From a virus: DNA of 64,000 nucleotides. This document shows, piece after piece, positions 27,832 to 37,183 of this stretch. Positions within the stretch are counted from its first letter, which is position 1. The number at the start of each line of letters is the position of its first letter. The notes below the pieces were generated by a model. That model ran no database searches. It was given only the letters and a program-made list of their open reading frames with translations, and was not told the origin of the DNA. The position numbers and the translations under genes were made by a program. The stretch covers positions 20,701 to 84,700 of the IMG/VR virus record IMGVR_UViG_3300045017_000165; one strand, given 5' to 3'.

Positions 27832-29889
27832 ATGCCAGGTCTTGAGAACCTTTTTGCCGCCGAACCCAAACTTCCTTCAGTTCAAACGCTTAAGATGCCA
27901 GAGAATCCTCAAGAATGGGCAGAAGCCATAACGGTCGCTGCCAGAGAACGCTATCCTGATTTAGCTCATCTACCACTTGTCATTGAATTCCGTAAAAAAG
28001 ACGAGCAAGCCGGCACCGCGGTAGGGGCTATTCACGTTACAAGCGACGACGATAAAAAAACAATCTTTCTCCCGATCGTCATTAAAAAGTTTGAACTATC
28101 ACCTCTCGACGTATGGATGGAAAAAGACACCCAAGCCATTCACCCCATTAAGCCGGATACTTTTAAAAAGGCGTTCTTTAATCCGTCTTCAGCTAAAGGA
28201 CTCGATGTCCGCCCTACAGATGTAGCCGGTCAGTACTTCAACGACCCCTCCACTTGGAGTTCCAACTATCCACCACTCCAAGGTCGATACAGCTACGCTT
28301 CTGCTGGTTATCCAATTCTTGATAGCATTAGCGACACCATCCGAGAAAAAGAGCTGAAAGAGTTTCGTGAAACCCTGCAAAAAAATGCCTTCGTTCTAGC
28401 TAAATTTAAACGCGGTCCTCACTACGAAGTAATTCAAAAGCTAGCGGCTAAAATTCCTACTAAGGATCCCGACTACGTAGCTTCTGCCACTAAGCTTATT
28501 CCGGTGGGAGCGGCTAGCATTAAACGTGAGGGTAAAGATAAGTATTCGGTCCTTTCCATGGCAGACCAAATGTTTGATCTCGCTGCTAGTGAATATCTGG
28601 ACGAGTATAACTGCCGTAACTGGCTTTCAAAAATTACTGCCTTTTGTAAAGACTCTATCCACGACCTTCCACAACAAGGAGAAAAACTCCTTGTAACGAA
28701 ACCGGCTCCGAAAGGAACCGTTTATCTATTTGATCAGACAAAATACTCCCCGGTCAGCGCTGACGAGTTCGCAGCATACGTAGTAAAGACTAAAACCGGT
28801 GTTCAGTCACACGGCGTAGTTTTCCCAAACGTGGTTGAGTTCAACGGTGATAAGGCTCCTGTAAAACTTTTCGTCAGTCAGTCACACTGCAGTTTCCAGA
28901 CAAACATCGCCGGAGAAAAGAAACCAGATAGCGAAATGATGGCTAAAGTTCTTAAGCCATCCGCCGCTAGAGTGGGGCAGACCGGAACATTCGTATTTAT
29001 TGACGATGGTCAGGCAATCGCCACCGTCCCTGTCACAATCAAGGCGATCGAAGAATACGGTCAAGCCCGTATTACCGCAATCAAACTGGATGGCACAAAA
29101 ATCAAAATTAGCCGCGGCTATTCCGACGATCCTCCAAAGATGACAGAAGCGTTGCCGTGTACTAAACCTGCTAAGACTAAAGATAAATTCCTAGATGTTC
29201 ACTCTATGATCGAGGATCGTCCTAAAGAATATACTATTCCAAGATCAATGATCTGGATTCCTATGGAAGGTTTCCAGGAAGTTTCTAGCTCTCCAAAAGA
29301 ATGGATGCAGAAAGAGGCTGCTAAGGTATCTCACGATCCGTTTAACATTCGCTATACAGGCATTGTTTATGAAGCCTATGGTAGTGATATCGAAAAACGC
29401 GCTTTCAGCGAAAGAGAGCTGAAAGTAACCCTAGCCAACAAAGGCGCAGACGCAGAGATGATCGACTCTGTTATCAAAGTTGCGAGGGCTAAAGGTAAAT
29501 GTTGTGTTCACGGTCTTCGACAGCTTAAGAAAAAAGCTGACATTATTAAAGTTGCAACAGATGCCTCCGCACGCTTAGAGAAAGCCTGCGCAGAGCTGAA
29601 GAGAGACTTAGTCAAGTTCGCGGCGGAAGTCGGCGACTCATCAATGACAGTTGATGCCATGTTGTCACTTAACTTTGTAAACCCCGAGAACTTGGCTAAG
29701 TTCGTTTCCTACAAGCCTGTGTTTGAGAAAGTCGCTGACTACCTGGCGGAGCTCTTGATGGCGGCAAGACTGGGTATTAAAGACATGTCCGAGAGTGCGC
29801 TAGTAACTGCGATCGCTCGTATTCAAGAAGTAATCGATGGTCTAGCTAAAGTTCAAACAAGCCTTAGCGGATCAGGAGAAAAGGTTTAA
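27832..29889 (+). CDS. Large putative head/core protein
   Basis: 685 aa; RBS GAGGAG; K-x-A motifs (QKLAA, QKEAA, EKRAF, IKVAT, VKFAA, EKVAD). Confidence 0.55.
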   Translation: MPGLENLFAAEPKLPSVQTLKMPENPQEWAEAITVAARERYPDLAHLPLVIEFRKKDEQAGTAVGAIHVTSDDDKKTIFLPIVIKKFELSPLDVWMEKDTQAIHPIKPDTFKKAFFNPSSAKGLDVRPTDVAGQYFNDPSTWSSNYPPLQGRYSYASAGYPILDSISDTIREKELKEFRETLQKNAFVLAKFKRGPHYEVIQKLAAKIPTKDPDYVASATKLIPVGAASIKREGKDKYSVLSMADQMFDLAASEYLDEYNCRNWLSKITAFCKDSIHDLPQQGEKLLVTKPAPKGTVYLFDQTKYSPVSADEFAAYVVKTKTGVQSHGVVFPNVVEFNGDKAPVKLFVSQSHCSFQTNIAGEKKPDSEMMAKVLKPSAARVGQTGTFVFIDDGQAIATVPVTIKAIEEYGQARITAIKLDGTKIKISRGYSDDPPKMTEALPCTKPAKTKDKFLDVHSMIEDRPKEYTIPRSMIWIPMEGFQEVSSSPKEWMQKEAAKVSHDPFNIRYTGIVYEAYGSDIEKRAFSERELKVTLANKGADAEMIDSVIKVARAKGKCCVHGLRQLKKKADIIKVATDASARLEKACAELKRDLVKFAAEVGDSSMTVDAMLSLNFVNPENLAKFVSYKPVFEKVADYLAELLMAARLGIKDMSESALVTAIARIQEVIDGLAKVQTSLSGSGEKV

Positions 29890-29892
29890 TTA

Positions 29893-30120
29893 ATGTTTAC
29901 GCTAGGACTAGAGAAAACTTCAAAAGTGCTTTCAGCTAAAGGTAGAAAGCATATTAAAGAAGAAAACTTTGCGCTTCCAGGAAGACGATATCCAATTCAC
30001 GATGCGGCTCACGCTCGCAATGCTCTAGCTCGAGTCGCTCAGCACGGTACTCCTGAGGAGCAAGCGATCGTAAAAAGAAAAGTGGAAGCAAAGTTCCCTA
30101 GTATTGGCGACAAAAGCTGA
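29893..30120 (+). CDS. Leader-bearing small protein with FA.P.RRYPIHD..HARNAL module
   Basis: MFTLGLEKTS leader; module seen in phage head-associated proteins. Confidence 0.7.
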   Translation: MFTLGLEKTSKVLSAKGRKHIKEENFALPGRRYPIHDAAHARNALARVAQHGTPEEQAIVKRKVEAKFPSIGDKS

Positions 30121-30141
30121 TAGTGGAGTCAAGAGAATTCG

Positions 30142-31110
30142 TTGACTTCCCGTTACTCCTGGCTCAATACTTTAGGTATGGGTGTACCTTTCCACCGATA
30201 TCTGACGTGGCTATGCTTTAAAGAGCTAGAAGATGAACAGATCCGCTCTTTTTTTGAAAATTTTACCATCCCATGCCCATCCAAATCAATGATTGAAGAG
30301 TACCGCACAAAGGCTGAGGGAATTCTTGTATCCTCTGCTACTAGGCGGCGTGTTAAAGCACTAAAGTACGATGCTTCTGACGCACTGATACTAGAGAAGT
30401 TTGGGCTTGGTGAGACGTATAAAAGGGATGTGGGCGGCATAGCTGGCGAACCTAAGCTTAAGGCAGCTTGGGATGAGGTGTTCAGTGTTCTTGAAAACCC
30501 CCTAACTAGAGTAGCGATGGACTGTGCTTTTTTATGCAGATACTCTCCTGAGGATCTGTCGCAGATACTACCTGAGATGCTAGGAACGAGCTGCACGTCT
30601 GCTGGAGTGGCACTCTACCGGAAGTACTTCTTCGATTACTCTTCGATGAGTAGAAGCGACTGGAAGGACTTTCTAGCCCTCACTGAGGACGTGCCCTACG
30701 TACACGTTAGGTATTACACGGCGCTTACAAAGCCTAAGGAAGAGACTCTGTTCCTGGTGGGGATACCAACTAAGCCCGACTTCTCACGGTTCTTAAAGAA
30801 CGTGCTAGCTACCGCGGATTTTAAATTTAAGTACTACTCCAGGCTATCATCTCCGGATAGTGACGCTCAGGCTAAGACTTGGGCTAAGGTTGGGTTTGAG
30901 GCTGGGGTTAGATATGAGAAGGTGTCGACTGGCGACGTGACTGACTTCTCGTCGGCGGTGCAGACTGAGTTCGATATGCTTGACCCCACGTTCCAGACGA
31001 TCGATAACGACCTTCTTAGCCAAGTGAAGACGCAAGCATCGGTGGAAGAAAAGCCTACGTCCGCCCCTGCGTTACCTGCCGAACAGACCTATAATATGAA
31101 CGACGTTTGA
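30142..31110 (+). CDS. Hypothetical protein upstream of terminase (small-terminase candidate)
   Basis: 322 aa; position only. Confidence 0.45.
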   Translation: MTSRYSWLNTLGMGVPFHRYLTWLCFKELEDEQIRSFFENFTIPCPSKSMIEEYRTKAEGILVSSATRRRVKALKYDASDALILEKFGLGETYKRDVGGIAGEPKLKAAWDEVFSVLENPLTRVAMDCAFLCRYSPEDLSQILPEMLGTSCTSAGVALYRKYFFDYSSMSRSDWKDFLALTEDVPYVHVRYYTALTKPKEETLFLVGIPTKPDFSRFLKNVLATADFKFKYYSRLSSPDSDAQAKTWAKVGFEAGVRYEKVSTGDVTDFSSAVQTEFDMLDPTFQTIDNDLLSQVKTQASVEEKPTSAPALPAEQTYNMNDV

Positions 31111-31617
31111 GCAAACCGCTCGGGTATTGTTCTTTCAGTTTTATGCAAGAGCGACCCCGTTTTATGCAAGCTATTCCAAGAATTGACGCGGTGCTCAGGT
31201 CATTCGTAGAAAAAGCCACTGTCAATTCTTTGACAAAGTTTTGAGATTTTGTCAAAACTTTGACTAACGCACTGTTTCGTATTTGTGCATGCATGCGAAA
31301 TGACGCGCCCTCTCTGGAACGAGCAGGTGCGTTAGTGTAGCGTAATTTCAAGTGAATTTTATGACGCGGTGTTTCGTATTACTATTCCATTCCTATAAGT
31401 AAGGTCTTATAGGGATAAAAAATTTTAATGGGGCGCGCTCCCGCGTTTTTCTTTTCCCTACAACCCTTGTGATATTTGGTCTTGAATAGCTTGAATAGAA
31501 ATACGAATCGGTGCGTCACAAATTGCTCCGTGCGTCTAACGCGTCAATACCTGATCGACCAGTCAGGTATTTCAATACTCAGTTGCAATACCCGTTGACT
31601 GCGGTGATAACTAAAGT
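31111..31617. repeat. Non-coding region with nested inverted and direct repeats (candidate origin or packaging site)
   Basis: 28-bp imperfect IR 31362-31389/31491-31518; CCTATAAG/CTTATAGG; TTTGACAAA/TTTGTCAAA; GTTTTATGCAAG x2. Confidence 0.55.
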
Positions 31618-34560
31618 ATGGGAGACTCAGAGTTAGATTTCTTGCGCAGCGGCAGTACTGACGAGATAGAAGCCAACAGAGCAGCTTCCAGCGATGAGAG
31701 ACTCAAATCTCTAGCCTCTCCGGAACGCGTCGCCAAAGTCATGTCTGCGCTTAAATCTGATGGCTCCACCAAGACCCTGATCAAGGCTAAGAAGTCAGAC
31801 TGGATACGAGCCCTGATCCACCTCGACGGCACTAACTTCGACTTCTCTGGACGCGACTACCTAAAACAGATCTACGATACGAAGCATCCGCATAAACTTC
31901 TTGTCACGGGGCGTCAAGTTGAAAAATGTCAACCGATTTGGTCAACTATTCACAGAAGCGATGGGGGTGAATGTCGCATAGATGAACTTCGCTTAGGGGA
32001 CTCTATCTGCGCCATGAACCAAGGGGGCATACAGACGCAGGACTTAGTGTTAGCCTCGGAATCTAACGGTGTTAAAAAGTGTCTTCGCATAAAAACTCGC
32101 CTAGGCTCTACGATTGAAGCCACGTTGAACCACCCCTTTAGAAAACTACTCACATGGGAGCAAGCCTCTAAGCTAATAGTTGGTGATAAAATCGCGGCAC
32201 TTCGCAGTGTAGGGTTTTTTGGAGATAAGCAAAACGATCTGGCGATGGTAGTGGGGCTTCTGTTTGGAGATGGAAGCTTCAGTAATAGACTCATTTCGCT
32301 GGCGTGTGGAAGAGCTCCTATCCAAGAACTATTTGAAAAAGAGTATATTAGGCTAGAGGGTATAGCGCCTAAGTTTAGTTTGTCGAAAGGCTCAAAAACA
32401 CAACGAACCTATCGAGTCAGTGTCTCTACTAAAATAGCAGCGTGGTTCTACGAGCACGATCTGATAGGTATGGTTGCAAGCATCAAAAAATTACCCGCCG
32501 AAGTTTTCTCTTACAATAAAGAGTCAACTCGAAATTTGATCCGAGGACTTTGGGCAACCGATGGGCATTGTAAGAACGTAACCTCTTCTAAGATTGATTT
32601 AGTTTACTGCTCCACTAGCGAAACACTTGTTAGACAAGTGAGACTACTACTAAGAAAGTTTGGAGTTCTTACAACACTTCGTACGTATAAGCCCCAGCGA
32701 GGACAAAAAGCATTCCTTATTAGAGTAGTCACAAGAAAATCCATAGAAGCTTTTCATCGTGACATTGGACCTATTCCAGGAAAACCATTTAATATTCCCG
32801 GGTGTGAGAGCAATAGCAATTTAGATACTGTCCCTAGAGAAGTACTCAACGTATTGAAGAAAGCAAAACGTGCTGCCGGTTATGGTGGAAGATGGGGCAG
32901 CGACAACAAATGCTTTGAGCGAGATTCAGGGTTCCGGTTTAAGTCAAATTATTGCCCAACATTTGAGAAGTTAGCTGCTGCGCAGTCTTTACTCAACAAC
33001 TCTACCATACAGAAAATCTTAGACTCGGATATTATTTGGGATGAGATTGTATCAATAGAGGATTTAGGAGACCAACCAACGTGGTCTATTCAAACCCAAA
33101 CAGAAACCTACATCTCTGATTTCATAGTCCAGCACAACTCTACAATGCTAGCTAACGAGATCATCATCAACTCGGTAGTGATACCTTATTTCAAAACTCT
33201 ATATGTATCGCCGTCGCATGATCAGACAAGACAGTTCAGCAACGGAAAGTTAAAGCCGTGGATCGAAGATAGTCCTCTTATTCAAAAGTACTTCCAGAAC
33301 TCTGCCGTATCAAAGCAGGTCTTTGAGAAGAGCATGTCAAACGGATCGATTGCGTTTCTCAGGTCAGCTTTTCTAAGTGCTGACCGAACACGCGGAATAT
33401 CTAGTGATATACTATGCTTAGACGAGATTCAGGACATTTTAACGTCAAATATTCCGGTCATTACCGAGACCTTATCGCATAGTAAGTATGGGTATAAGAT
33501 TTTCGCCGGCACTCCAAAGACTCTTGAGAATCCTATCCAGCAGTACTTTGAGATGTCTAGCATGTGCGAGTGGTTGATACCTTGTTTCGCACACTCGCCG
33601 CCGCACTGGAACTACATTGATGAGAAGAGTATCGGTAAGGACGGACCAATATGCAATAAATGCGGCAAGCCCATTAATCCTGCTGAAGGTAAGTGGATAG
33701 CATTCAATGATAGTCGAGATATTCTGGGGTTTAGGATTTCACAGATCATGGTGCCATGGATCTATCAGAATCCTCTGAAGTGGAAGGAGTTCTTGTGGAA
33801 GTACGAGAACCTTTCGAGAGGTATTTTTTATAACGAGTGCTTGGGTATTTCTTTTGACTCCGCAAGCAAGCCTATTACGCGCACTGAATTAGTTGAGTGC
33901 TGCTCGTCAAAACATCCACTACGCTATCATCCAGACTCCTTCACGCATAAGATAGATCTATTTGCCGGTGTGGATTACGGCGAGGGCTCGGACGGAACAG
34001 AACGGGGTATGAAAGGAAGGATGAAGAACGCTTCGTACACAGTTCTTACGATAGGAGTCTATCTCGACCCAACACATTTTCATTACTTATTTATGAAACG
34101 GTATACTGGAGAGGAAGCTCTCCCAGCTAACTGTATCGGTGACATTATAAATATTGCACGAGCGTTTAGGGTTAAGTGCGTTGGTGCTGACTGGGGTCAT
34201 GGATGGGGAGTTAATGAGCAACTGGAAACTGCTCTCGGAAAGTCGCGCGTAATTAAGTTTCAATACGTAGGTAATCAGCGCGAGCGTAAAAAGTTTGATG
34301 AGATAGGACTTAAATACCAACTAGGTAGAACAGAAGTGATGACAGACTTTTTTACAGCAATAAAAAACCACCACATAATTTTTCCGGCATGGGAGTCAGT
34401 TAAAGATTATCTGTGTGATATCGAACATGTTTACGCCGAGTACGGAGATGGGGGAAGGTCGCTTAAGTATGACCACAAACCATCGGAGCCTGATGACGCG
34501 CTTCACTCAATGATTTATTGTAAGGAAGCCGCGGACAACTATTTCGGTAAGCACAAATAG
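31618..34560 (+). CDS. terL: Terminase large subunit (lambda GpA-like), intein-containing
   Basis: Walker A GRQVEK/ST split by intein; Walker B ILCLDEIQD; AGTP; Cys-rich segment; FYNECLG; nuclease AGVDYG and DDALHS. Confidence 0.9.
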   Translation: MGDSELDFLRSGSTDEIEANRAASSDERLKSLASPERVAKVMSALKSDGSTKTLIKAKKSDWIRALIHLDGTNFDFSGRDYLKQIYDTKHPHKLLVTGRQVEKCQPIWSTIHRSDGGECRIDELRLGDSICAMNQGGIQTQDLVLASESNGVKKCLRIKTRLGSTIEATLNHPFRKLLTWEQASKLIVGDKIAALRSVGFFGDKQNDLAMVVGLLFGDGSFSNRLISLACGRAPIQELFEKEYIRLEGIAPKFSLSKGSKTQRTYRVSVSTKIAAWFYEHDLIGMVASIKKLPAEVFSYNKESTRNLIRGLWATDGHCKNVTSSKIDLVYCSTSETLVRQVRLLLRKFGVLTTLRTYKPQRGQKAFLIRVVTRKSIEAFHRDIGPIPGKPFNIPGCESNSNLDTVPREVLNVLKKAKRAAGYGGRWGSDNKCFERDSGFRFKSNYCPTFEKLAAAQSLLNNSTIQKILDSDIIWDEIVSIEDLGDQPTWSIQTQTETYISDFIVQHNSTMLANEIIINSVVIPYFKTLYVSPSHDQTRQFSNGKLKPWIEDSPLIQKYFQNSAVSKQVFEKSMSNGSIAFLRSAFLSADRTRGISSDILCLDEIQDILTSNIPVITETLSHSKYGYKIFAGTPKTLENPIQQYFEMSSMCEWLIPCFAHSPPHWNYIDEKSIGKDGPICNKCGKPINPAEGKWIAFNDSRDILGFRISQIMVPWIYQNPLKWKEFLWKYENLSRGIFYNECLGISFDSASKPITRTELVECCSSKHPLRYHPDSFTHKIDLFAGVDYGEGSDGTERGMKGRMKNASYTVLTIGVYLDPTHFHYLFMKRYTGEEALPANCIGDIINIARAFRVKCVGADWGHGWGVNEQLETALGKSRVIKFQYVGNQRERKKFDEIGLKYQLGRTEVMTDFFTAIKNHHIIFPAWESVKDYLCDIEHVYAEYGDGGRSLKYDHKPSEPDDALHSMIYCKEAADNYFGKHK
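31927..33138 (+). mobile_element. Intein with LAGLIDADG endonuclease in terminase P-loop
   Basis: Starts CQPIWS, block B TLNHPF, VGLLFGDG and IRGLWATDG, ends VQHN/S; 404 aa. Confidence 0.92.
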
Positions 34561-34580
34561 ATAAAAAAACTAACAGTGTT

Positions 34581-34620
34581 GTATTAGCCGACCCCAACGC
34601 GAATCGGGGTCGGCTAATAC
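34581..34620. terminator. Terminator between convergent genes
   Basis: GTATTAGCCGACCCC/GGGGTCGGCTAATAC 15-bp stem, then TTTATTT. Confidence 0.8.
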
Positions 34621-34632
34621 TTTATTTACGCG

Positions 34633-35256
34633 CTAGCTTTTCTTATCATTGAAAGCTCCCAGTCTCCAGCGAGCCAACGGTACAAATACCTCGCCCGGAT
34701 CTGGTAAGCGGTGTGAGTAGCATTGCGCACGCATTTCGTCGTAGTCAGAGTGCATAAGATTATCTGAACACCAACCCACTTTTAATAGCTCGGCGTTCAA
34801 TCCAGCGCTTGGATAATTGTTATCTGCTGACACACTAAAGAGTAACACTGGCAATATACTCCAGCTATTTGCGAGACAGATCTTTAAGATTTCTCTTAAG
34901 ATATGATCGCTTTCATAGCGTGAGCTAGAGCGTATAGCATTATCAAATTCACCATAAGATATAAGCTCCCCTCTAGCAGCTGTGAGTAAAAGAACATTAA
35001 GACCAGCTGCTATTCTGAAGCCTCTGAGTTCTCTTGCTCTTTCAATACCAACTTGGGTTGCTTTCTTATTGTCGTAGCCTGCTTTTTCTTCGCAGTCTGC
35101 GAGTGCTTTCTTATATGCATCGAACGATTTAATAGTAAGCATATAGCTTCCTTCATTTGATCCCTTATTTTTAAAACTGCGCCACATCGCGGGATCTTTT
35201 CCAGTGGCACACCTTTGGATATTTGGACCGATATAGCGCTCGGTTCCCACACGCAT
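34633..35256 (-). CDS. Hypothetical protein
   Basis: 207 aa; true start may be internal (MLTIK, RBS GAAGGA). Confidence 0.55.
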   Translation of the reverse strand: MRVGTERYIGPNIQRCATGKDPAMWRSFKNKGSNEGSYMLTIKSFDAYKKALADCEEKAGYDNKKATQVGIERARELRGFRIAAGLNVLLLTAARGELISYGEFDNAIRSSSRYESDHILREILKICLANSWSILPVLLFSVSADNNYPSAGLNAELLKVGWCSDNLMHSDYDEMRAQCYSHRLPDPGEVFVPLARWRLGAFNDKKS

Positions 35257-35262
35257 TTGTTA

Positions 35263-35697
35263 TTACTCACTATCGGAAGACTCAGAGAGTTTAAGCTTCA
35301 TAAGTTCTTCGTCTAGTGTAGGAGCAGCTTCAAACCCTTCGATATTACCGCGCTTGTCGCAGCACTTACCTTTTGGTTTAGGTTCGTTTGGCGACAGCCC
35401 AACATATATACGAAGTGTTCGATACTTTTCCTCTGTATTGGCTTTATCTATGTTCAGATTTTTCAGTGCCTGTTCGAGCTCAGCTTTTTCAGCAATAAGA
35501 CGTTTTTCTCTCGCTTGAACTTCTTCAACGTCTATGTGAACAACGGCACCGCTTTTAGTGATAGCCATGCCAGGTTTAATGTGTTCTTCCTGCATAGCAT
35601 TTTCCATTGTGCGCATCTCTTTATACACTGGCTGAGATGCACACGCGCTTAGGATAACAAGAGACACTGACGCAACCATTAGTGTTATGTTTTTCAT
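35263..35697 (-). CDS. Predicted lipoprotein with coiled coil
   Basis: Signal peptide with lipobox LSAC; RBS AGGAGG. Confidence 0.7.
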   Translation of the reverse strand: MKNITLMVASVSLVILSACASQPVYKEMRTMENAMQEEHIKPGMAITKSGAVVHIDVEEVQAREKRLIAEKAELEQALKNLNIDKANTEEKYRTLRIYVGLSPNEPKPKGKCCDKRGNIEGFEAAPTLDEELMKLKLSESSDSE

Positions 35698-35817
35698 AAC
35701 ATCCTCCTATTTGTTTCAGTTACTTGTTTAATTAACTCGACCTGACTGTGTTTAAATCTTTAATTAAGACGTACCAACGAGCTGATGAACAGCAGTACTC
35801 GTGGGTACGTCTCATTT

Positions 35818-36070
35818 CACTACGACACGTCACTTGACATTACTTTAACCTCACGGAACTTTACCTTACTTCACATGACGGCACCACGACCATACTTTAC
35901 TCGACCATACGTTACCATGACTTTACTCTACTCAGCAGTACCATACGGTGCTTCACAGTACCCGCACGCCACTCGACTAAACGGTACCATACCTCCACAA
36001 CACAGAACGGCACAAAACCCCACCCCACATTACCAATACTGGACTGGACAGGACGACACATAACCCTTAC
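35818..36070 (-). repeat. 5-nt periodic GY-NNN array 1 (candidate guide-RNA array)
   Basis: 49 consecutive units (41 pentamers, 8 hexamers), all ending AC/GC on + strand; begins 27 nt after the Cas7-like stop. Confidence 0.85.
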
Positions 36071-36097
36071 TGAAAGCCATCCATGGCAAACAAGTAG

Positions 36098-36889
36098 TTA
36101 CGCAGATTCGATCGTGCACTTGAACTGTCCGTAGCCTGCGTTTCTCCACTGACCTAAGCCCGACACTCTTCCGTATGAGAAGAGTTTCTTTAGAGCTTCT
36201 TCAGTGAGCGGGGAATTCTCAAGCACGAGAAGTGTGAACTTGAGAGCGGCTCCGGATTCAATGCACTCGCTTTTAGCTACAGAGACGCGTGGACCTTGAG
36301 CTGTCATAGCTCTCAGTGAACGCTCACAGTACTTGATTGAGCCATCAGCACTCTTCATCACGTCTTTATCAAACGAGATGAATTGTTGCTCAATTGTTAC
36401 GTGTTGATTAATGATCGATTCCGTATAGCTTGCTGAGTTGAGGATCGTACCATTCTTTTTAGGAAGAGTACGAGCTACCGCTTCAGCAGCTGCTTTTAGG
36501 AATCCTTTAATCATGTGATCTCCGATACACGGCATTCCTGCCTTGTCGCGGAAGAACACTGTAACGCCTCGAAGTTCTTGCTCGTCGAGAGTTTCTTTTA
36601 AAGATTCGAGTTCACCTTTGATAGCAAGTTCGCGTTCTTCTGAGGTGAACTTTCTACCCACGAGAGTTTCAAGCTTATCGAGAAGCTTATCGGTTTCAAG
36701 TTTACCGCGCTCTTCGGTGATCTGTAGAGCTTCTAGGTACTTATTAATCTCAGCGTTGTAGCTACCTTTCTCTTGAATAAGCTTACGCTGCTTTTGAATG
36801 ATATGTTGTTCGTGAATCGACGGATCCGCCGGATTCGTGCCCAAAATGTCACGTGTGAATGACAAGACTACTTTATATTCTTTAAACAT
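36098..36889 (-). CDS. Stand-alone Cas7/RAMP-superfamily-like protein
   Basis: N-terminal strand YKVVLSFTRDILG; PCIGDHMIKGFLK (RAMP P.I.gs.lKG.lr-like); C-terminal Gly loop GLGQWRNAGYGQF. Confidence 0.8.
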   Translation of the reverse strand: MFKEYKVVLSFTRDILGTNPADPSIHEQHIIQKQRKLIQEKGSYNAEINKYLEALQITEERGKLETDKLLDKLETLVGRKFTSEERELAIKGELESLKETLDEQELRGVTVFFRDKAGMPCIGDHMIKGFLKAAAEAVARTLPKKNGTILNSASYTESIINQHVTIEQQFISFDKDVMKSADGSIKYCERSLRAMTAQGPRVSVAKSECIESGAALKFTLLVLENSPLTEEALKKLFSYGRVSGLGQWRNAGYGQFKCTIESA

Positions 36890-36910
36890 TTTAATACGCT
36901 TTCAAATAAA

Positions 36911-36950
36911 AGCGGTCACGCTCTACACTAGTTCATAGAGCGTGACCGCT
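36911..36950 (-). terminator. 15-bp perfect hairpin just upstream of the Cas7-like gene
   Basis: AGCGGTCACGCTCTA/TAGAGCGTGACCGCT, followed on minus by TTTATTT. Confidence 0.65.
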
Positions 36951-36961
36951 AGTTTTAGGTT

Positions 36962-37183
36962 TTACAGTACTTCTGGCTTAGATTTCTTGCCTGGCTTTTT
37001 ATTAGCTGCGGCAGGATTCTTAGCCGGTCTTCCACGCTTCTTTACGGTGCTTGGCGGCGTTGCATCGTCGTTAGCCATAAAGCGATCGTAAGCTTTCACA
37101 GCTACTGCGCCTGCTGCTGCGGAAGCGACGTAAGGAAGTGCTTTCTTAGTTACTGACCATACTGATGATAGAAAACCACTCAT
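36962..37183 (-). CDS. Small basic protein with AT-hook-like KRGRP motif
   Basis: 73 aa; RBS AGGAGG; KKRGRPAK. Confidence 0.65.
   Translation of the reverse strand: MSGFLSSVWSVTKKALPYVASAAAGAVAVKAYDRFMANDDATPPSTVKKRGRPAKNPAAANKKPGKKSKPEVL

Noticed and set aside
31055-31351. 98-aa minus ORF over the repeat region
   Set aside because: TTG start without RBS; overlaps the repeat-rich non-coding element
35785-36063. 92-aa + strand ORF (Thr/His/Tyr/Pro-rich)
   Set aside because: By-product of the 5-nt periodic array; antisense to flanking genes, no RBS
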